Below the pieces are notes generated by a model, which did not search any database, was not told the origin of the DNA, and was given only the letters and a program-made list of their open reading frames with translations. This document shows, one piece after another, positions 63,817 to 64,000 of a stretch of DNA of 64,000 nucleotides. Position 1 is the first letter of the stretch; each line of letters begins with the position of its first letter. The translations under genes were made by a program, and so were the position numbers. This DNA comes from an uncultured Chthonomonadaceae bacterium (GTDB lineage: Bacteria; Armatimonadota; Chthonomonadetes; Chthonomonadales; Chthonomonadaceae), in contig CAWFQB010000006.1 of assembly GCA_963817895.1 (NCBI GenBank), forward strand, positions 160,001 through 224,000, in the 5' to 3' direction.

Positions 63817-64000
63817 CAACAATCAATCGAGCGGCAAACCCTCGCCTGCCTGCCGGCACATTCAGCGGAAGTTGCCGCTGTTTCTGGACGGGGAATTGTC
63901 CACGCGGGAAGCGCGGGAGCGTTACGCGCCACTTGTTGACTGCCCGTTATGTCAGCGCGAAAGGGAACAATGGCGGCAGTCGGAGCAGGCGCTTGCCGGG

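Overview
GC-rich bacterial chromosomal window, tentatively Armatimonadota-like (inferred from gene content only). Many genes, including dnaK and dnaJ, are split by single-base indels, which most likely reflects an unpolished long-read assembly. Core content: a GH43 N-terminus, yggL, acs, an NlpC/P60 peptidase, a GH44 glycanase and an S8 subtilase sharing six near-identical malectin-like modules, msrA, a Uma2 nuclease, a Planctomycete-type DUF1549/DUF1553 plus cytochrome c-WD40 pair, glgP, glgB, a UbiA plus GT-C pair, two SDRs, a GAF histidine kinase, a paoABC-xdhC molybdoenzyme operon, XisI, an acyl-CoA dehydrogenase, a ferredoxin-NADP reductase, a large secreted propeller protein, an EAL-CBS-GGDEF protein, dnaK-dnaJ-hspR with a HAIR-like operator, and an ECF sigma factor. 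Mobile DNA: a complete IS3 splitting a Cys-rich gene, a complete IS630 inserted into a palindrome arm, two MITEs and many hairpin elements built from 7-10-nt tandem repeats. Most notable observations: (1) two small accessory cassettes lacking any integrase, each lying between a host gene and a diverged orphan copy of that gene's last ~30 codons; (2) a heptamer-repeat palindrome inserted in frame inside acs; (3) a candidate multi-stem leader RNA upstream of the NlpC/P60 gene. No CRISPR array, rRNA or tRNA was seen.
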